A stretch of DNA of 35,316 bases, taken from assembly GCA_964589485.1 (NCBI GenBank), contig CAZPRK010000011.1:1-35316 (forward strand). The letters are read 5' to 3'. The notes under the pieces are model-generated. The model saw nothing but the letters and a program-made list of their open reading frames with translations. It made no database searches and had not been told where the DNA came from. This document shows positions 29,649 through 35,316 of the stretch, in pieces. Both the position numbers and the translations under genes were made by a program. Numbering within the stretch: position 1 is the stretch's first letter; every line of letters begins with the position of its first letter. Source of the DNA: an uncultured Methanosarcinales archaeon. GTDB lineage: Archaea; Nanobdellota; Nanobdellia; Woesearchaeales; CAYSVS01.

Positions 29649-30077
29649 TTTTCCCGACGATGATTAAAAGCTTTGATATTTGATTATAAATTACGTACAA
29701 TTTATTGATTTGATTTTGATTAAAATATTTAATTAAAGGTTGTATTTTCTAGATATAATTAAAAATACTCGAAATACGCAAAATAAGCCTGTATTTTAAA
29801 CGATTAAATGAAACTAATGCTATGCCAAGTCTCACTTTTCTTATTTTGCTAAGAACTTTTAATCAATTATTTTTGTCGGAATTATTATGTAATTTGTATT
29901 TGCCTAATTTTTACCAATTTCTGGAATTATTGTATTGTTGGTATACTCTATCTTACCTTGTTTTGTGATTTTCCCGACAAAGTAGTTTGGTATTAACTAC
30001 TCCAAGAAGCCCCCCTTGAGACCAAAGATGTTACAAACAATGGTGTTTTTTGGTAGTTTATTGAGAATGTCGGGTTT
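29649..30077. repeat. Four dispersed CCGAC boxes in alternating orientation in a 470-bp non-coding region
   Basis: TTTTCCCGAC 29649 (+), TTGTCGGAAT 29873 (-), TTTTCCCGACAA 29969 (+), TGTCGGG 30068 (-). Confidence 0.7.
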
Positions 30078-30483
30078 ATTCCAAATAGGCTGCAAATGCG
30101 TTGATAGATTTTAAAACTCTTATTGCTCCATCTTGTTTTTTATTATAGATTTTATCTAATCCTACTGGTGTATCTCTTAGAATTTTTTCTGTTTGATCAA
30201 GAATGTCATATACGTTTCTTTCTGCAGTATCATTGAAAAGAACATTATTTATTGTTTTATAACACCTGTCAAAAATAGTTTTTGTATTTTTAAGTGAAGG
30301 TGTAGTGGACATAATTGGAAGTCTTACTTTTATTCCTACTTTTTCTAAAGTTTTGTACATTTCAATTGCTAATTCATACAGTTTTTCGTCAATAAATTCT
30401 TTTTCTGTACTTAATACGGTTTCAATTGCATGTAAGTTATCTAATCTTCTTTCTAACTCCAAAGTCTCACTTTTTGCTTCCAT
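30076..30483 (-). CDS. Hypothetical helical protein
   Basis: 135-aa ORF with AAGGA SD and a TATA-like element upstream. Confidence 0.7.
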   Translation of the reverse strand: MEAKSETLELERRLDNLHAIETVLSTEKEFIDEKLYELAIEMYKTLEKVGIKVRLPIMSTTPSLKNTKTIFDRCYKTINNVLFNDTAERNVYDILDQTEKILRDTPVGLDKIYNKKQDGAIRVLKSINAFAAYLE

Positions 30484-30758
30484 TTTCCTTATATGGGTTG
30501 TTAATTTAAAAAGATTAGTATATTTCTAAACTATAGTTAACAATAGTTATTTTAAATCATATGTTTTGGTTTGTGGGTTTTCTTATATCTATATTGAAGA
30601 ATGCTTTTTATTTATTTTCAATATTGAAATTAAATGTTAACTTTATTCCAAAGTGACTCTTGTGGTGCTTTTACTTTAAGCTTTGATTAAATCTTTTAAT
30701 TATACCTGTATTAGGCACTATTTGGTTTGTTGCTTTTAAGTATTGTTTTATCGTCGAT

Positions 30759-31472
30759 CTAACCAACATAACTCATTTGTTTCTTTTGAGTGTCTGACAT
30801 CGCTACTTGCCCCTTAGAAAGTATATCTTTTACTTTTCCCTCAAACTTTTCAGCTTGTTGTAATAATGGTTTATAATCAACTTTTAATCCTAAATATTGA
30901 TCTAAAACTCTGATAACTTTAGCTGCAGCCCCGCTGTCTGGCATATTACTAGAAGTTTCTGCAAATAAACATGTATTTGTTATTTTTCTTTTGCCTTTAT
31001 ACAACATTGCACCAGTAACTCCCATAATAATTCCTTCTTTCATTCGAGTTAACCCTAATTCATCAAATTGTTTTACTTTTTTACTATTGTTACTATAATA
31101 AAAAACTCTTTGGTTTTCTTTAGTGTTAGTACTTCCAACTCCTTCTAAATTAATTATTTCTTTAGCTTTTAATTTTTTAGCTAGTTCTAATATTGCATCT
31201 ACTATTTTCCATTCAATGCCTTGTATTACAGTAATACCGTAAATAAAAACTAAATTATATTTTTTATTATGATAGATTCCGATAGGTTGTATTACTTTGT
31301 TAGCATGTATTGCAACCATTGCAGGGATATCGTTAAGAAATATGCTTCCTATTTCTTCACATTCTAAATGTTCGATTAAGAATTCAGCTGAAATAGTACC
31401 CACTAATCCAAATCCAGGAAAACCTTCTATGATTGTAACATTAGTTGGTTTTTTTAATAAATTTATCTCCAT
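30759..31472 (-). CDS. Proteasome assembly chaperone, PAC2/PbaA-B family
   Basis: IIEGFPGFGLVGTI, PDSGAAAKVI, C-terminal MSYVG. Start at ATG 31472 after GAGGTG. Confidence 0.9.
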   Translation of the reverse strand: MEINLLKKPTNVTIIEGFPGFGLVGTISAEFLIEHLECEEIGSIFLNDIPAMVAIHANKVIQPIGIYHNKKYNLVFIYGITVIQGIEWKIVDAILELAKKLKAKEIINLEGVGSTNTKENQRVFYYSNNSKKVKQFDELGLTRMKEGIIMGVTGAMLYKGKRKITNTCLFAETSSNMPDSGAAAKVIRVLDQYLGLKVDYKPLLQQAEKFEGKVKDILSKGQVAMSDTQKKQMSYVG

Positions 31473-31523
31473 TAATAAACACCTCTCACAATAAACCAAA
31501 AGTATTCTTTTATATAAACTTTT

Positions 31524-32162
31524 CTAAGCCACTAATTTTTCGGTTTCATGATATTGATATCGAGTTGACTTTGAAACTTTTTTTAACTGGTTATTTAGAA
31601 ATTCTAATAATTTTTCTTTTTCATTAAATTCTTCAATCTTTTTTTTAAACCTATATATTAATATTATAGCAAAATGTAATAAGTGTTCTAAGTGATTCAT
31701 TTCTTCGCTGATATTTTTACTATTGATTTTATTTCCTAGTTGAATTCCAATTCTTTTAACTAATCTGATTAACCTTTTATCTGATTTTAAACTAAATTCT
31801 TTTATGGTTTGATCACTTAATTTACCTGTTCTAACTGCCTCTATAGCTTTAGCTATTTTTTTAATAATATCTATAGAACTTAATTCAAGCTTTTTAATAT
31901 GATCTAGAAGTTTTTCACTATTTACTTTTTCAATTTTTTTCTTTGCTTTTTCTATGCTAATTGTATCTTTATACAATAATGTTTCAGCATCAATAATAAT
32001 ATGGTTTAGAATTGTAATAGATCTTTTCATGTTTTTTTCTATTTTTTCAAAATCATTAGTATCTTTAACATAATCTATTAAATCATATAATTCTGCTGCA
32101 TGTTTAATAATTCTTGCACATAAAGTAGACTTAAAAATAAGTCTATATTTATAATGCCTCAT
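31524..32162 (-). CDS. Hypothetical helical/coiled-coil protein
   Basis: ATGA overlap with the upstream gene. Confidence 0.7.
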   Translation of the reverse strand: MRHYKYRLIFKSTLCARIIKHAAELYDLIDYVKDTNDFEKIEKNMKRSITILNHIIIDAETLLYKDTISIEKAKKKIEKVNSEKLLDHIKKLELSSIDIIKKIAKAIEAVRTGKLSDQTIKEFSLKSDKRLIRLVKRIGIQLGNKINSKNISEEMNHLEHLLHFAIILIYRFKKKIEEFNEKEKLLEFLNNQLKKVSKSTRYQYHETEKLVA

Positions 32163-32545
32163 AGCTCCATTGCAAACATAGCAATCATAAGGAATAACCC
32201 TTCAATCATGAAAATTATATAGTATGCTATTTCGGGAATATTAAAATTAAACCAAGTAGGACCTATACTGAAGCTGGCTAAAACTTGTAATATTCCAACT
32301 GTCATTAATACTGCAGCAATTAAAAAACTCCACCATCCAATAGAATTACTATTTGTAATTTCGATAAAACTTTCAATTATTAAATAAAATCCTGCTATTG
32401 CGACAATATATGCAAATAAACTGGTTTTAATTCCAAAATCAAACCATTCTGGTCCATAACCAAGCATACTTAATATTGGTAACAATCCAAATGCAAATAA
32501 TAAAGCTCCTATTACAAAGCTTATAAAATCTTTAGTTTCCATCAT
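32159..32545 (-). CDS. 4-TM membrane protein with internal duplication
   Basis: Two halves: G.LPIL..GYGPEWF.F…AYI / GILQVL..SIGPTWF.F…YYI; GAGGTG SD. Confidence 0.8.
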   Translation of the reverse strand: MMETKDFISFVIGALLFAFGLLPILSMLGYGPEWFDFGIKTSLFAYIVAIAGFYLIIESFIEITNSNSIGWWSFLIAAVLMTVGILQVLASFSIGPTWFNFNIPEIAYYIIFMIEGLFLMIAMFAMEL

Positions 32546-32559
32546 TATATCTTACACCT

Positions 32560-33492
32560 CTAGCCTGTTTTTTGTAATTCATGCTCTGATTTAAGCTCTC
32601 CTTGTTCTTCGGCGTGAGCTAACTTTTGAATTAAGGCTTTAGCTTCATCCAAATGTTGATCAATTTCTTTTCCTATTAATTCAGGTATGACTCTTTCTTT
32701 TGTTATTCTTTGTTCTAGGTTAAATAAACTATCTATATTATTCAATATTAAGAATAATAAATATATCTCTCTCATTACTAAATCATGCTCTTGTCTAAAT
32801 CCAAATTCAATATGGTTAAAGAAATTTTTAGTTTCTGTTGTTAAATCTTTAACTATCGTTCTTCTGCTTTTTTGATCAGTTATTGTTTCTAATTTTTTGA
32901 TTAACTTTTTAATTTCATTTAAAGATGATTCTGCGTGATATTTAGCATTAACTTCTCCTTTAATATCGCTTGAAATTTTATACATGTCATAATATGTAGC
33001 TTCTTTTTTCTTCATTAATTTTTGAAATGTTGACATTAAATTTTGTGCATTATCTTGACTTGCGGCATCTTCTAACTGTAATAATTTTTTATATTGTTTT
33101 CTTATTTCTTCATCAACTATTTTTAATAAAGTCTTTTTTCTTTCTTCTATTTGTACTATTAAGTTTTGCAAATGTGAATCTTGATTTTTTAATTTAGAAA
33201 ATTCTTTTTGCCCTTTTTGAAATAATGATATTAATTGAATTTCTAGCTTTTTAGCTGTAAGAAATAACTCAAACGAAGTTTCACCGCCTTTTTTAATTTC
33301 TTCAATTTCAGAATTCAATAAATCAATAACTTTAGTTATTTCATATTGATCTACGCTTTTAATTAATTTATTCCAATCTTCTTTAAATTTAGAAATATGA
33401 TGTACTGCTGATCTTGCTTGATATTTTGCTCCAAATTTAGCTAACATGCCTGTACTTTTGATTGCTGATCGTAAAAATACTCCAATTGCCAT
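32560..33492 (-). CDS. Coiled-coil hypothetical protein with basic amphipathic N-terminus
   Basis: GAGGT SD; helical heptads throughout. Confidence 0.75.
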   Translation of the reverse strand: MAIGVFLRSAIKSTGMLAKFGAKYQARSAVHHISKFKEDWNKLIKSVDQYEITKVIDLLNSEIEEIKKGGETSFELFLTAKKLEIQLISLFQKGQKEFSKLKNQDSHLQNLIVQIEERKKTLLKIVDEEIRKQYKKLLQLEDAASQDNAQNLMSTFQKLMKKKEATYYDMYKISSDIKGEVNAKYHAESSLNEIKKLIKKLETITDQKSRRTIVKDLTTETKNFFNHIEFGFRQEHDLVMREIYLLFLILNNIDSLFNLEQRITKERVIPELIGKEIDQHLDEAKALIQKLAHAEEQGELKSEHELQKTG

Positions 33493-33496
33493 ATAT

Positions 33497-35314
33497 TTAT
33501 ACCTCTCTTAATCTATTGTTTACTTTCTCATTATTAAATGTTTTGATTATTTCAAGTTGATTTTTATTATTAACATTTCTTCTGATTGGAATAGTACCTC
33601 TTAACCCTATCCATTTATTTATTAAACTATAAAAAACTTCATCACTTTGGAGTTTTATTTTTATATTAAATAATTTACTTAATCCAATTATTAACTCTTC
33701 AGGGTATAAATGTGCAATATTTTCAAATTTTAATTGTAATTTTTCTTGTTGTTCTGAATTAAGTAAAGGGTATTTAGTATTAATTTTAATTCTTTCAATT
33801 ACTTGCTTTAAAACTTCTATTTCTGCTGTAAGTTTCTTAAGTTTTTTGACATCTTTTTTATTACTCTCTTCAAATATATTTCTAAATTTTTGTTTTTTAT
33901 CTTCAATTAATTCAAGAAAATCTCTAGTTACTGCTTTACTTTCTACAATAAGGGCTTCTCTTAAAATAATTCTAAAATAAGTTTTATTAAAATTTGTATC
34001 TGTTAAGTATGCAACTCTGTCATAATTTTTTCTTTTTAATTGCATATCTAGCTCTTTAATTCTATTTTTAATTAGAGTTTCTTCAGCTTTCATTCCAAAA
34101 TTAGGAACATTCCAAAAATTACTTTTTGCAATACTGTATAACCAAGTTAATTCTTTATAATCTTTTAATATCTCATAATTGAACTTTTTTAACCCATACC
34201 ACATTATTTTTTTGTAAATTCTATTTTTTATATGATAAAATTGTTCTTCTAAATGTTCGAATACTTTTTCTCTGCTAATTGTCCTAAACTCATTTCTTAC
34301 ATGTTTGAATAAATTAACCCTTTTCCTATTAATTGGTAAGAATTTTTGTGTTTTTTCTTCTTCTTTTCTCTCTTTTAAAAATTGTTGTACTTCAATTTTG
34401 TTTATTTTTTCAGCTTCAATTCTTTCAAATTCACCATCTATAACAGTTCCTTCAATTTTTGATCTAGATTTACTAATTTCTGGTTCAGAAACTATTTCAC
34501 CTTCAATATATTTTTTATGTTCTAACTCTTCTCTTTTATTTTGTTTAATTTCTTTATTCTCATTAATTGTTCTTGGTTTTTCTTTTGTTAATTCTTTTTT
34601 AATATATTCTTCTGGCAAGTTATCTATTTTATGAAGTTCTTCAACAGCTTCTTCTTTTTTTTCAATTATTTTTTCTATTTCCTTTGTAGCTTCAAATTTT
34701 TCAAGAAATGTATTAAAGTATTCTTCTAGTAACTTAATTTCATCATTGAAAAATTCAATTAATTTAGGAATTGGATAACTTTTTAATGCAACATTATCTT
34801 GTTTAAATTTATTATTAAGTTGTTCAGCAATTTTTTTTTGCTTTGGAACATATTTATCTAATAATTCTTTTAATTTACTTTCTTCTAACTCATTTAGTTT
34901 ATGTATTTGTTTAATACTTTCTTTATCAAAATATTTATTTAATTTTTCTTTACTTAATTTAGATATTTTAAGTAAATTTTCACTTTTTCTTTCTTCTTTC
35001 GAAATTAAGCTAATATCTTCTTTTATCAAATTTTTTATGTTTAAATTAATTTTTTCTATTTCCTTTCTTTCATTTGACTGGTGTGATAATCTGTCTAAAT
35101 TATTAAAGAAATCTTTACCTTGTTTTTTTATAAATTGAACTTTGAATTCATTTACGTTTTTTTGTAATTTTTTATCTCTAATATTTTCAATATTTTTTAA
35201 TGACGGTATATCTTTAATAACTTTATTGATTTCATCTATTGTTTCTAAATCTTTAATTTTCTTTTGTTTTTCTTTTAATAATTGTTTTATTTTGCCTAAT
35301 ATTTTGTGTTCTTT
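33497..35314 (-). CDS. Large Lys/Glu-rich coiled-coil protein, 5'-partial
   Basis: Frame stays open from 35029 to the window edge (KEHKILGKIKQLL…). Confidence 0.75.
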   Translation of the reverse strand, partial: KEHKILGKIKQLLKEKQKKIKDLETIDEINKVIKDIPSLKNIENIRDKKLQKNVNEFKVQFIKKQGKDFFNNLDRLSHQSNERKEIEKINLNIKNLIKEDISLISKEERKSENLLKISKLSKEKLNKYFDKESIKQIHKLNELEESKLKELLDKYVPKQKKIAEQLNNKFKQDNVALKSYPIPKLIEFFNDEIKLLEEYFNTFLEKFEATKEIEKIIEKKEEAVEELHKIDNLPEEYIKKELTKEKPRTINENKEIKQNKREELEHKKYIEGEIVSEPEISKSRSKIEGTVIDGEFERIEAEKINKIEVQQFLKERKEEEKTQKFLPINRKRVNLFKHVRNEFRTISREKVFEHLEEQFYHIKNRIYKKIMWYGLKKFNYEILKDYKELTWLYSIAKSNFWNVPNFGMKAEETLIKNRIKELDMQLKRKNYDRVAYLTDTNFNKTYFRIILREALIVESKAVTRDFLELIEDKKQKFRNIFEESNKKDVKKLKKLTAEIEVLKQVIERIKINTKYPLLNSEQQEKLQLKFENIAHLYPEELIIGLSKLFNIKIKLQSDEVFYSLINKWIGLRGTIPIRRNVNNKNQLEIIKTFNNEKVNNRLREV

Positions 35315-35316
35315 AT

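Noticed and set aside
29995..30025. Canonical ORB element (C-run/G-string next to TCCA)
   Set aside because: Single copy, does not fit the TTCCAGTGGAAAC…GGGG arrangement, and no cdc6 is adjacent.
29607..30758. tRNA or other RNA gene in the long intergenic tracts
   Set aside because: No cloverleaf, TTCGA loop or sustained GC-rich stem visible.

Overview
Very AT-rich archaeal genomic window, inferred to be DPANN, probably Woesearchaeota-like. The archaeal call rests on class I CCA enzyme, Rpo7/Spt4/S24e/S27ae, the L1-P0-P1 stalk operon, RpoL, PAC2 and TATA/BRE promoters with many apparently leaderless genes. Most of the window is housekeeping: topA, a NurA-like nuclease, a ChlI-like AAA+/VWA pair, an NhaP-type antiporter, a PfkB kinase and isoprenoid enzymes. 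The main candidate for an undescribed system is 27.65-30.08 kb. There, three small winged-helix proteins (two with N-terminal coiled coils) lie between two non-coding regions. The left region carries two head-to-head, helically phased arrays of an AGTCYCA/TGGGACT heptamer. The right region carries four alternately oriented CCGAC boxes in an AT-rich tract. This looks like a centromere/partition-like or origin-like nucleoprotein module (inference). Other observations: an unannotated 42-aa CxxC/CxxC zinc-ribbon microprotein; a LyeJ/CrtEb-like prenyltransferase coupled to a polyprenyl synthase; long acidic repeat tails on S24e and P0; and a sensor kinase that stops just before its H-box and collides with a poly-A-frameshifted gene. 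No tRNA, rRNA, CRISPR array or transposase was recognised. All family calls come from motif recognition by eye, not database searches.
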